64,000 nt of DNA from the human T2T-CHM13v2.0 reference genome, Homo sapiens. The DNA lies in assembly GCF_009914755.1 (NCBI RefSeq), contig NC_060930.1; one strand, given 5' to 3'. The stretch's first letter is position 1; the number at the start of each line of letters is the position of its first letter. Shown piece after piece: positions 31,493 through 44,779 of the stretch. Both the position numbers and the translations under genes were made by a program. The notes beneath the pieces were generated by a model that saw only the letters and a list, made by a program, of their open reading frames with translations, was not told the origin of the DNA and made no database searches.

Positions 31493-33211
31493 TACTATTA
31501 TTATTATTATTATTATTACTATTAATTTCTCTTTCTCCGTACTTGCCAGAAAAATTCCCAACCCTGGATTAGTGGTACTGTTTACTTTTCTCTACTTTAG
31601 CCAATCAGTGAAAATGACTGAAAAAGCTACATCAGCCTAAAATGATGTCCCTATAAAATCATGACCTCAACAGCAGTCGGGTCTCTGGAGCTGGAGATGC
31701 TTACCAACATTTTCACTTTTCCTACTTCAATATCCCATTCTATTCCCCTCAATGTCTACTTTAAACTTTCACTGTTTTCCTCCAAGTTAACAAAAAGATC
31801 CTCTTCCACTTGCTTCTCTACAGATGACTTGCCCACTTGACAACCACAATTGGGAAAATTGAGCTCATTTGATGGAATCTCATTTCCATTTCCTAGCTTG
31901 GCAAACCAAACTACAAATTTAGCAAACCCCATTATCAGACTTAATTCTCTTTGTCTAAGCTCTAATGATTAAATGTCTATTCTGCCGAAGTCCAACTTCA
32001 TCTGTGTTCTTCATGCTATATATAGATTTCTGCCTTCTCTTATACTTGATCATTTATCCCCCATTTTCTGTTTTCAACTTTTTTCTTATTCTTTTCCTTC
32101 CCATTAATTCATTAAACTTGTTCTTGACCTATTATTATACATCTGTTATAATATGTATCCTGATTTAGACATGGTACTTGTACATAACTTTTATACCTCT
32201 ATTTATTGTATGGTCTAAAGGATGTTTGAACCATGTATTATCTAGCTGCATATCCCCTGTACTGCTTAACATAGTATTGTAGATATTGTTTCAAACATAT
32301 TTGTTGAGTGAATACACAGTGACCCCTAGAAGCCTCCAGTAGTCAGCAATGCCTTCTCAAGGTCAGGCTACTTACTGCCAGCCCTCCTGCTAACTTTATA
32401 TTCTATACTTTAGGTTGACATTGTAAATGACCATAGTCTGATTTGATAAAACAGTTAATACTTATTATAGCAGTTACTGTCACAGATTCCATTCTAAAAG
32501 CTTTACACCTATTAACTAATTTAAATCTTTACAGTAACCCTAAGAAGTGGGTGTTATTATCTTCATGTCTGAGGAAATGCTGATACAGAGGTGTTGTTGT
32601 GTCTTTTTTAACATCAATGTGGAAAGAGATTTAAAAATATAGATAGATGATAGATTAAAAATAGACATAGGTGTAGATTTAATCTTATTGTAGCTAGTAA
32701 ACAATAAGACTTTGTATCCTGCCTCTTAGATTTATTTTTATAGTAATTGATGAAGTCCACATATAGTTATCCTTAAGGAACCTGAACCTTATCAGAAATA
32801 TCACTTAACTGTGTGTGTATCAGAATATAAATGAAATGCTCTTCTCCCTCCACTCTTGTGAAATGCCTGATGAAGCTTAAGCATTTAACTTTCCTGTTGC
32901 TCTACTTATTCTCCTGTTGCCACAGCAACTAAAAATGTTCATTCCACTGCTCTTGCAGGTACCTTGCAAATACAGTTTTTTTTCTTTTTTTTTAATAAAA
33001 GACAATGAATCATATTTAAAAAAAACAATGTGGTCAATATGGAGAGCTACCATTCATGTGTTTCTTCAGCCCCAATGAAAAAGTCTTAACTTTTCCTAGT
33101 AAAATTCTGTCATTTTAAGCATCATGTCCTGCATAATATTGGAACTGGAAAAATCAGGCTTTTATTATTCTAGAATTAAGACATGTATAGAGACTCACAA
33201 TGTACAAAAGC

Positions 33212-33267
33212 CTATTTAGTCAGGGTTTTCCAAGAGATAGACCAATTAGATAGATAGATAGATAGAT

Positions 33268-33300
<33 letters not shown>

Positions 33301-33792
33301 AAGATAGATATGAGTAGGGATTTATGAGAGGAATTGGCTCACATGATGATGGAGGCTGAGAATTCTCATGATAGGCTGTCTGCAAGCTGGAAAAGCAGGA
33401 ATGCTGGTAGCATGGCTGAGTCTAAGTTCAAAGGCCCCAGAACCAAGGAAGATGGTGATGTAACCCTCAGTTTTGAGAACCCTGAGGCTGCTTGTACAAA
33501 TCCAAGAGTCCAAAGGCTGGAGAACCTGAAGTTCTGCTATCCAAGGGCAAGAGAAGGGCTCCCCAGCTCTGGAAGAGACAGTGAATCTTCCTTTCCTTTG
33601 CCTTTTTCTTTGAGCCCCCTCCAGATTGGATGGTGCTCACTCACACTGAGGGAGGATCTTCACCCACTCAATCCACCAACTCACGTGCCAATCTCCTACA
33701 GGAATATTCTCATAGAAACACTCAGAAATATTTCATCAGCTATGTAGATATCCTCTAATCCAGTCAAGTTGACACCTAATATTAATCATCAT
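33212..33792 (-). mobile_element. MLT2B-like (ERVL) solo LTR
   Basis: TTAGTCAGGGTTTTCC ... GGAATTGGCTCACATG ... AATCCAGTCAAGTTGACA. Confidence 0.85.
33248..33298. repeat. (AGAT)5 GAT (AGAT)7 tetranucleotide STR
   Basis: Read directly from sequence. Confidence 0.97.
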
Positions 33793-34019
33793 ATTACCTA
33801 TAACTTACCTGTAATATTTCTATCATCTTGAAAGGGGCGTTAACTCTCTGAAAGTTTGCCTTTACAATCTTATGTTCCATGATTTAGGAAAAAGACATAT
33901 ATAGTTCCTTTGCCATTTTCAAGCTTTTTATTGTCTTCACTTAGCTTTTTAAAAAAGATTTTCTAGTGTATTAGTAAATTATAAAATTGAAATAAGTTAT
34001 AGCTGAAATACTGTGGCTT

Positions 34020-34490
34020 TAATTAGGGCTATTTTGGTTGCAAATGGCACAAATATAACCCATGCTTGTTTAAGAAAAGGGAAATGTATTATAAGCCAGC
34101 TTGGGTACCCCTGGAACCCAAAGGTAAAAACATAGAAAAGTGAAAAAGGAAAATTGAGTGATGATCTCAAACAATGCCTGGATGCTCTCTATCACTTATC
34201 TCCATTTTCTTTGCTCTTTGGCTCTGTGCTTCTCTCTCACTGCAGAGCAGCTTTAGACAAGTGTTGGAAACATAGGCAATGACAGCATTGGAATTTTACC
34301 TCTTATGGCCTAAGTCAGTAGAGAGATATTGGGCTAACTCTTTTTCCTCCAAGCTAAAAGAAAAAAAACCAACAAAATAAAAAGAGGGGAAAAATGTCTC
34401 ATTGGTCCAATTTGGGTGAGATGCCACCAAAAGAACAATCAGCACTGTCCAGGAGGCAGGGTCACATAACTTACATGATAGCCAACTTGC
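34020..34490 (-). mobile_element. MLT1K-like LTR relic
   Basis: TTAGGGCTATTTTGGTTGCAAATG start; CATTGGTCCAATTTGGGTGAGATG and GGGTCACAT motifs. Confidence 0.5.
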
Positions 34491-34499
34491 TTTATCAAC

Positions 34500-34990
34500 A
34501 GCAGGATTGATATTTCCACCTCTTCAAAATTCATCTTTCACTTGGCTTCCTAAACACCATTCACTCTCTGCTGTCTCTTTATCCTTCTGTATGTGTGTGC
34601 TCAGTCTTCACTGTTTGTTTCTCCATATCTTCCTGACTGATTCACACTGCAGTGCAGTGCCCAGGGCTCAGTGCTCTTCTTGGTTCTACTTACATTCACT
34701 TCCATGGTGGTCCTAAACAGGGCCCTATTATTATTAGTATGTCATCTACATGCTGCATTTTCTATTTTTATTTCTACCTCAGATATCTTCCTTTCTTTTA
34801 TTTCTTTAAGTTTGCTGCCTTCAGTTGATGTTTCCAACTCAATATATCTAAAACAGTATTCTTTAATCACCCCGACCTCTCCTTTGTAACTTTTGAGCTT
34901 CTTGTTCTTCCCATAATCTTAGTTAAACATAGGCCACCCATCCTTCCATTTCTTCAGGCCAAAAATATTGGAGTCATCCTTGGTTTTTCA
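34500..34990 (+). mobile_element. L2 LINE fragment
   Basis: CACTTGGCTTCC...CATCTACATGCTG...CAGGCCAAAAATATTGGAGTCATCCTTG. Confidence 0.6.
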
Positions 34991-36774
34991 TTGCCTTTGT
35001 GTTCTATTGTCTTCTGATATAAATAAAAGTCTTAGGCCAATCTGATTGTCATTTCTTCATAACTTAACTGGATTTTCCTCACTAAAATTTCTAAGATATT
35101 TTATCTTTCTCCTTGGTGTTCTACAACTTCACACTAATGTGTCCAGGTGTGTGTCTGTTTCTTTTTATCATGATCAGTGGTACACAGGTCATTTCAACCT
35201 TTAAAACATGCTTCTTTTCACTCTGAGCAACTTCTTTGCATAATTTTATAATTTCTTCTCTCAGTTCTCTTCATTCTCCTTGCCTTTACTCCTAATATTC
35301 AGATACTATATCCATAATTGAGTGTTTATGTCTTTATATATTTTTTAAATTTTTGTACTATATTCTGGTTGACTTTTCAAATCTTATCTTTTAATGCCTA
35401 CAATGACGGAAGAAAAAGTGTTTCTGCTCTAGAATCCTAAACATAGCCAGAATACCATTCAAGCATAATAAGATAATATAGCTATAACCAAGCTTAGAAA
35501 ATTAATATGGCAAATGTCCTTTCTTTGGAAATCTCCTGAGGATTCTCTTCAAGAAAATAATGGTGACAACTAAAAACAAAAATGAAAACAATTTGGGCAA
35601 CAATTTCTATATCAAAGAGTAATAAAGGTAAATAATTAACAGCACAACTGGTGTGTGGCAGCCTAGAGAGCTGGCACTCAAGCTTGGAGAAGGATGGAAG
35701 CTATGGAAAGGAGGTCCCTGAGAGGGGAAAAAAAGGACACCACATAATTAACAGTAGGTAGAGAGCTTAGAAAAAAAGTGAGGATATAATACAAGTACAC
35801 AATTTTAGAATTAACACCCTCCTCACTACCACCATAAAGTTGGAGTATGGAATAATTAGGGACAGAGACTAAGCAGTTAAAATAAATGATCTCAAAGGGC
35901 TGAAATTTAGACTTTGAGTGCTAACTTACTTATATGGTTAAACTCAACCAGTAAAAAACTAGCATAATACTCAACCAATCAATAGAAAACAGCTATCAAT
36001 TTCATGCCAAGATTGGTTCCAGAAGCACAGTAATAGTTCCTTTTTCTGAGTAAACTACAATCTGGTAGAGAATCAAGACGTGAATGAGATGATACCATTT
36101 GCCACAAGAATTTAGAGAAGGGAGACCCCATGTGGCACAGGGCTTGTGCATGTACAAGTGAACCTTTCAGAGCTGGGCAGACTTCCTAGTGCAGGCCAAT
36201 GCCTGTGAACTAAGCGTCTTTCTCATTGGCCACTCCATCCTTAATTCACAGCAACACAGGCACTAAATAAAGGTTTAATACCATATTGTCTTGTCTTGGA
36301 ACTAACAGCTTTCCTATTGTAAGTATCAATTTTCTTTAAACTTCCAAAGTTCTTCTGCGTGGGTCTTCATCAGTAATTTCTGGAGAAAAGCAATATTTTA
36401 GGATCCGAATACACCACTATGTCTTGTGGGATTCCAATTTGGGTCCTATAAGGAGCTCTTAAAAGTCTGACATTTTAGACTCTGCCTTGCCCTAACCCAG
36501 TGCTTTCTATTTCTAGGCTTTCAAAAGATCTTTCTAACTCCACTGTCCCTCTTCTTTTTGTTTGTGATATAGATTGATTTTCTTTAATATCATGTTTCTA
36601 CTGTCTGTCTTTTCTTGCCCCAGCCTGGTTCTCCTGAGGTTACAAACCTCTAACAATCTTTAATATCTAATAGTTTTTAGTCTTATATTCAGCCTGTGCC
36701 ATTTGTTTCTCTTTCTTCTTTTGTCCAGTCTTTTCAGCTTTATTTGCCTTGCTCTTCTTTGTCCTGCTTTGTTT

Positions 36775-37140
36775 TTCATTCATTCATTTATTCATTCATA
36801 AATATTAAACACTATACTAGGAGTGGGAATACAAAATCAATAAGAAATAGTCGTTCTAAAATATTTCATAATCCAATAGATCTTTAAGTGGAAGTTAGAG
36901 TAGATGTAAGACCTTCAATTGAGCTAAGAAAAATGGTCTGGCAATGCCTAATACTTAACACGAAAATGGGAGAAACAAGTTTTGCCTAGGATGCCTGAGT
37001 AAAGCTTTATAGAGCAGGTACAAACTGAGCTGAATTTTGAGGGATGAGTAAGAGTTTAAGGAAAAAACAAAAACAGGGACTAGAGTAAGAAGGGAAAGGT
37101 ATTCTAGGTGAAGGGAAGAGAATATACAGAGTTATGGAAT
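36775..37140 (-). mobile_element. L2 3' fragment
   Basis: CATTCATTCATT tail and GAGCTGAATTTTGAGGGATGAGTAAGAGTT. Confidence 0.5.
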
Positions 37141-38699
37141 GAGTTAGATGTTTGTGAATATCTTACTACCAGTAGTTACTCTAGCTATATTTGATTCTTT
37201 TCTTCCTGGGAAAGCAAAGTGAACCCCATCAAGGTCTCTAATGTTGCTGGTGGAGTGGTCAAGGACATTTTTTAAAATAGCTTTCATTTGGATAGTTTAT
37301 ATCCACTCCCATTGAAACTCCTCATTCTTCATCCTCTTCTCCCCAGGATTTCTCAGGGGTACTATATTATTACCAAATATTGGATGTAGTGAAATTTGTT
37401 AATAAACTCATCCTTTGCAAATATTAAACAGGTTATTTGTAATGACAGTTATTAAGGGGGATTTTCTAAGCCTGTATTTTGAGATGCTCAAACAATAGTC
37501 TTTGAGGGCAACTTACCAAATGCATTAAAGGAAGTCATTTGGAAACTTCTTTACTGCTTTCAGAAATAAGAGAATTGAATTTCTCTTTTGCAGCCAATTC
37601 TCTTCAGCCACACACACACACAAATGAAGGTTTACTAACACTCTTTCTCTTGAGAACACTATCTACTGTGAGTGGTGCCAACAGCTGAAAGCATCGAGCC
37701 TGCCCTTGCACTGTGAGAACACAGCTCTCTCCCAGGGTCTGCCCAGATGCTCATTAAAATCCAATGAGTACCCAACAAGGATGTGTTGTTTAGTCCAACA
37801 TCATAGTTTTTATAAATAAAAGTATTTCAACTCGGTGTGGGAGGATGGACAAAGTCGAGCACCATGGTAACTGGGTCAAATGAACTCTTTAAACAGACTA
37901 CCCACAAATGAATGGATGTTGACTGTGCATGCCATTTAAGGCATCACAGCTTAACATGCTCCTGCCCTGTGTAACTTCTGCTGGTCCCCAACCTTGAAAG
38001 CTTTCATGTTTCCTTCTGTACTCACTCCAATTTGTGCCTGTCATAATTGACTCTTTCACTCCTCCATTCTTTTTCTATTTCTGTAAAGTATGACGTTTTT
38101 CTCTTATCAGTTTGGCCTATTTAAAGTATCTCATATTACTATTCAACATGTTTACTTCTTTCACAACTTCTGCATTCATAAGCTGTAACTATCTTTTCCC
38201 GTGTTTATTCCACAAATGAGAAAAAGCCACTTGACTAATGTCCTTGTCAAACAACACATATTACCAGCATAATATTCTCTTCCTAAGCACAGTAGAAATC
38301 AGGGGGAGATTAGTATACAGGAGGGGACTAAAAATAGTCCCTGCTTTTAAGGAGCTTAAAATCCATTGGGCTGTCACAAAGAATACTTTTATTAAGTCTC
38401 ATTGTGTGAGGAAAATGTTTATTTCTCCCAAAGAATGGTGTGTTTTCTTTTGGCAGATATTGGAAATTATAGTATTTAGAATCGTTCTCTTGTTTGCTCT
38501 TGCTGCTAGAATGCTGAGCACCAAATGTAACGTTTTCAGACTATAATTACTTAAGCTTCAATTGCTTCCTTTTCTTTGTATGGCTTTGACTTTATACGGT
38601 TATTATAAATGGATACATATTATTGTAGGGTTAAACTTTTCTTATGCTTTTTAGGAGTGACATTGGTTTTAAATAACTACACAAACCTTTAGCTTTGAC

Positions 38700-39660
38700 T
38701 TGGATAAAAATATAAGACATGCTCATCAAATTTGCACATGAGAAGAGGCTAGGAAAGAGCATTGCAGTATTTGGTATAATGCTGGGTCAATAGGGGCTTC
38801 ATTCTTCAGGATTCCAGAGAAGTGACATCATGAGAAAAGCAGTTAGAGTGGGATGAAGCCAAGGTTACACAGTAGGTGATGGGCGGTGAAGGAATGTCAG
38901 TGGGTAAATAACCTCGTAGAGAGGGGCAGGGATTTGCATGAAGTAAATTATAGTTGTATGGGCCAGGAGTGAATTCTTAAGGGACAGAAAGTGAGATTTT
39001 AAGTACTTTCCAGGTGTGTAACATTCGGGGGAAGGAAGATGCTTTTAGTAATGATTTTAAGAAAGTTTTCCTTTCAGATACTTTTTCTACAAGGCTTTTG
39101 TGGTCAACCTGATGTTTATTTGAATTTGGGGATATATTCAGATGAAAAGAAAGCTGCTTGGCTTTGGGACAGTAACAGTACAGAGACTGAGAATGTAGAG
39201 AGGTCTCAGGGGCTAGAAGAACAGTTTAGAACTGATGCAGGGAATACTAAAAGGAAAAACAACACATTGGTTGGAGTTCATGTTGAAAATCTAAATAAAA
39301 AATTGTGGATTGGGGTAGACATAGAAAAGAATGGGAGGTTTTCATTAATGCATGAGTTAAAAGTATGATGTGCGTTTCAAAAAGTGGACACCTTCAGGCA
39401 GTTTGCTGAGAAGGCAGCAAGTAAAACAAACAGGTGTTGGTCTGGGTGTACTGCATTCAGTTCTGAACACACAAAAAATAAGAGAAATATTTTTTGTAAA
39501 TAAGCACATATAGCATATAGTGGCCAAATGGAAAAAGCAATTATAAATAATGTTATGGTAAATAAGGAATGGTTAAGCCACTGTATACTTTTAACTCAAA
39601 GAAGAAAAAAATGGAATGGGAGGTAAGATCATTATTTTTAAGTATTTGAAGAGAAATAGT
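38700..39660 (+). mobile_element. L3/CR1 LINE fragments (discontinuous)
   Basis: CTCATCAAATTTGCACATGAG reads LIKFAHE (CR1 RT LIKFADD-like); GTACTGCATTCAGTTCTG. Confidence 0.5.
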
Positions 39661-40381
39661 CTGGCTTCAGGGAGGAAGCATATGATTTGAAGGCAGAGAA
39701 AACAGTGACCAGATCTGTGATCCGTCACCTACCTACCACCTACCCAGTATTGCCTCAACAACACCCCTAGGCTCTGTGATAAGTGGAGAGAGAGCATCTT
39801 GTTCGGCACATGGCAATTAGCAGGCCCTCCACGAATGTGATTTTATTCCTGTAATTAAGAAAATATGAGAACTCAATATGCATATTCTCTACAGTCCCAA
39901 AGAGTTAGGTCTAAAACCAATGTATAGTACCTACAAGGAGAAAAGTTTTGCTGAATTAAAAATATAAAATATACACTTTTGAAAATAAAGTGAGCTTTCT
40001 CAGCAGATGATTTTGTTTTCCGGCCCAGAAAGTGTTCAAATCCAAACTTTCTTATGCCAAGGTAACCTAAGAAATCTGTGATCTAAGTGACAGCTCCTAT
40101 TTTGAGACTTCTATTAGGATTTAGGTAAAGGGACTTTTTTTTGGTCTTCTCTTAGAAATTAGAGATGAAGGAGATGAAGAAGGGATGGAACTGAACAGGT
40201 AGAAACAGAAATTGGGTAAAATCAGAAAAAAAGAATGTGTGGCTCTATGAATCTGGTACCAATAAAGAAACAAAGGCCCACTTGAAATACAGTAATTTGA
40301 GGAAAAAGTTTACAAAGTTTTCATTTACAAAGTTGAGTTGTTAGTGGCAGAATATATCAGAGTCATGAATGTGCCATAGTA

Positions 40382-41198
40382 TGTTAGCAGTGGAATGTAT
40401 CCAAGACACGGCACCAAAGTAAGTTACCAGCAGCTAATTCTTACAGGTGTGTAGCTACCTCAATTCTTGCCCCTCAGAAGAAAGAATTCAACTGACGGGC
40501 ATAAGGCAGAAGGAGAAACTGAGGCAGGTTTTAGAGCAAGAGTGAAAGTTTATTAGAAAGCTTTAGAGCAGGAATGAAAGGAAGTAAAGTACACTTGGAA
40601 GAGGGCCATGTGGGTGACTGGAGAGATCAAGTTTGCAGTTTGACCTTTTGACTTGGGGTTTTATATGTTGGCATATTTCCTCGGTCTTGTGTCCCTTCTC
40701 TCCGGATTCTTCCCTTGGGCTGGGTGTTAACATGTGTAGTGGTCTGCCAGCACTTGGGAGGTGTGCATGCACAGTGTGTTTACTGAAGTTGTACCCATGC
40801 TTACCTGAGGTGTTCTTCCCTTACCAGTCAAGTGTCCCTAGGAGGTCATATACCAGTTAAACTCCACCATTTTGCCTCTTAATGTGCATGTTTGAGCCCA
40901 CTCACCCAACTCCTGAGATCTTATCAGGAAGCTGCTGATCAATAGTTTCAGGTGTTTTGGTTTATTGGGAGACATTTTGCTGATCAATAGTTTCAGGTGT
41001 TTTTGTTTATTGGGAGGTCTTTGCCTGATGTTGGGAAATTATTATTTTAGAGAGACAGCTCACAACCACCTGACCATCACGTGATGGTCACCTAACATTC
41101 CTAGTGTGTGTGTGTGTGTGGCGCGTGCACGTGCACGTGTGTGTCATGGGGAGCCGTCTCCTGTTCTGCTCATGTCTGACTAGCTACCAACTGTAACA
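40382..41198 (-). mobile_element. MER50-like ERV1 LTR nested in an older LTR relic
   Basis: TGTTA...TAACA termini; GAAAGTTTATTAGAAAGCTTTAGAGCAGGAATGAAAGGAAGTAAAGTACACTTGGAAGAGGGCC. Confidence 0.8.
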
Positions 41199-43429
41199 AA
41201 GTGAGAAAGAACCACAATCCAACATTAGGGAGAGAAAGGAACAACCTTCATCTGGAAAGGGAGCATCATGTGGAGAAGATCACCTTGAAAAGAAAAGGGA
41301 CCATTGTTCGAGAGGCTACAGCTCTAGGAGACCTCACAGGGAGGGCATCAAGGAAAGTATACCTTGACCTCACTCTCCTCCTTCCTTGGGGTCCCTGTTA
41401 GCCAAAGACAAGTGAAAGCTGGTGGGTAAGGAAGCATGTTGATGTTTTCCAAATGGGTCATCTTCCCAGGGCAGAGAGAAAGGTAGATCTTCTTAGTGAA
41501 AAATGTTTAAATAGAGCAATACAATCTTTTTGTGATGCTTTTCAAAATCCTTTTCTAAAGGCATTCAAACTAGAAACAGGTAGTGAAATAACTCTTGACA
41601 AAAGAAAAATATTCTTATGTTTATCTCCCTTTTCTCTTTCCAAATTACTTTCTCCTCTTGAGTCAGCCACTACTATCAGTTCCACCACTGTCCTCAGAGC
41701 TCTGTGACTGGATCTACAGATGGGACTCCATAGCTGATTCAGGTCTGTAGCTGTTCCTGAGAAATTTCCAAGGAGCCAAGTTGGGTTTCCGTGAGTTCTT
41801 TCCCACTGCTCAGGTTCCCTTTTCAGTTGGCTAGTCACAGGGTACCATTTTTTTCCTTCTGATACATTAAAACTGCATCCCTGCATCCACCTTGTGATTC
41901 TAGGAAGCCATGCAGTTCCTGAGCCTTGTTACTCTCTCTCTCTTTCTTCTTGTTGTCACTGTCATTCATTTATTTATTCATTGATTTGTTCTTTTAAAAC
42001 AGATTGAGAACCTACAATATGTACACATTGGGGATACAGTGGTAGATATACCAGGCATGTTCTTTAACTTCATGCAACTTATTTTATCATATTCTTTTTA
42101 TAATATTTAAATATCCTAGAAATTTTCAAAATGTAACCATGTTCAAGACTTCCTTTATAAACTTAAGATATACAAATATTCATTTCAGATCAGGTATTCT
42201 AATTTTTGACATGGAAAATATGTCCCCATTGCAATTTGAAGGGCAAATATGTCTGCATTAGTGGTCAAACAATAGTCTGAAATGACTGCTCCCTAATTAA
42301 TTGTCAGTGTTAGCTTACAGTTTTATTTAGTTTGATGACAATAAGGATAGAATGTAAATTTAATTGAAGTACCATAAAATTGAGGTATTAGAATATTTTA
42401 TGAATAAGAGCCAGTTCTTAGAGTTTGCCTGTAAAATATACTCAGAGTTATGTGTAAGCTCTAGAGAATTAGGATGTGTATTAAAAATTTATCTGGTCCA
42501 ACAACCTTTCACAGGTCAAGAAATTTAATTTCCATGGATATAAACAGAGAAAACAAGATATTCAATAGAAGCCCCCTACATTACTCTCTATATCTAAAAA
42601 TCTTCCTTCAGGATTTTGATTTTCAGCAGCAGGTATATAAGGCTGAGTTGACCTTGACTTTTTTATACCATTATGAACTTGGGTTGTCACTATTGTTTCT
42701 TGCCTTTACTGAGTTGTATATCCATAATTTCTGGGATTAATGGAACCCCAGGAGCCCTATCTGTAGACCCCATGAAACTTCTGTTGAGCAGAATCTATAG
42801 ATTTCCTGAAGGAAACAAAGAATTTTTCTTTCAAAGACCAACATTATGCATAGATATTGTATACCAGTATCTCCCAAATGGGCTAACTGACTTCTAGGAA
42901 ATTCTTAAATATACTAGCTTTGGGGATTTAATTCAATTTAATTTTTTTCTGGCTTTAACTTTAATGCTCATATAAAAATTAATATAAGCTAATTCATAGT
43001 CATTTAAATAATCACCATACAATGGAGCACTGCTATGCAATATTAGATTCCCTATTTGTCTTTGGTCTAAGATTGAACTTGCCAAGTGACATCTGCTATA
43101 GGCACTGAGATTGTAGGTACTATAGCTATTTTTTGAAAAAATGCATTAGATAGACCTTATTCGTATACATACCACTTATATAATGCATTATTTCTAAGTA
43201 TGCCAGTAAATAAGCAATGAGGTTGCTTTTGTGCCTGATTTGAGCCATGATTAAATTGTGCATTAATTCATTCAAGTATTCACTTGGCTAGGAATGGGGC
43301 TAGGTGAGGGGATACAGAAATAATGATGAAGTTTGCATTCCATTGTGGGAGTGATTGAAAGGATCAGAAAATATACAACTAAGTAAATAAGAAAATAAAG
43401 GCACATAACCAAGAAAATATAAGTTAGTA

Positions 43430-44000
43430 ATACTTGCTGCAGATTTCAATGGAGCCACATGACAACCTCATCTTAACATGAGAACTTTAAAAAGTTATTA
43501 AGTGACACTACAATAAAACTTGCTCTTGTGGATAGCTTACTGGCAGAATTTTAGTTAAATGTGGAGTCTGATTATCATGAACCCAGAAACAAAACTTTGA
43601 AATTATGTATACCATTCTGTAAAGCATGCTAACATAAACAGGCATTCTTTACATTAGTATAACTGAAATGAAAACAAGGAAACTGATTAAATGTAGAAAT
43701 AGAACTGTCTACATTTCTCTAATATTAATTCTGACTTCTGCTATTTGTTTTAGCACATCAATATCATCTGTCACATTGAATTAATGTTTTAATTATATTG
43801 GATTTTTGCAAATTTATATCTAATTTGTAATTTTGATTCTATGTGATAGTTGTATAAAAGCTCTAGGCATGAGATGCTTATGCCTTGTCCTATAGATGTT
43901 TATTAATTAACATAATTTATGTCAAAACTAGAGGTTCCTAATTTTATTTTCTTTAATATGAGTTATTAACAAAAATACTTATAACATTTATTGTTATTAA
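43430..44000 (+). mobile_element. hAT-Charlie DNA transposon relic (transposase C-terminal dimerisation motif)
   Basis: 43600-43720 reads KLCIPFCKAC*HKQAFFTLV*LK*KQGN*LNVEIEL, compare LPF.TTYLCE.GFS....KTK.RNRLNVE. Confidence 0.65.
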
Positions 44001-44779
44001 GCATGGCAAAATACTTTTAGAGACTAAGGAAAGAATGAATTACTACAACTTTTTGAGATAATAATCTGGCAGAATCTATTGAAATTCAAAAGACTCATAC
44101 CATTCAACTCACTTTTGGGAAACAATTTATCAGAAATAAAAGCATCTTCATATGTAGTTTTATAAAGATTATCATTGCAGCATTTCAGGTACTGCCAAAA
44201 ACTAAAAAGCAAAACTTTAGCAAATCAAACTTAACAATCTATAAAAAGAAAAATACGTCATGACCAAGCAGACTTTATCCCAGGATTTTAACATTCATTT
44301 TGCCTTTTTTCATTTTTATTCTTTTGTGAGGTACAATGGACTTTTCTAGAGGCTTTGTCATGTGTGATAACAACAGTTCTGATGGCTAGTAGAATTTGTG
44401 ATTGTGTGCTCTTGTGTTTTAAAACTTTCTCAGTTTTAATTTATACTAAGGCAAAAGTACTTGTAGATATAACTCAAATAAAAAAAGCACTTTGGATCCC
44501 ACAATATTTTTTACTATAAAATGTTTTTTATTTTAGAAGTTTCTAACAATTATTATTGCTAGTGTTTGTGAATCTAAGAGTTGTAATTTCTTTCAATCAA
44601 CTGACTTTTAATACACTAGCTTCCTTTGGGTACTTTCTGATAAAGATTATTCTTTAAAAATATATTTATTTTGAAATATTTCAAACACATTTATAAATAT
44701 GGGAATCGTATAACAAAGAGGCTTGTACCAACAACTCAGCTCTAGAAATAATCTTCCATATTTTCTTCTGATCTTTTAA

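Noticed and set aside
40395-40425. PBS-like TGGTGCCGTG on the minus strand suggesting a proviral internal region
   Set aside because: Lies within the TGTTA...TAACA-bounded MER50-like unit; no gag, pol or env sequence follows
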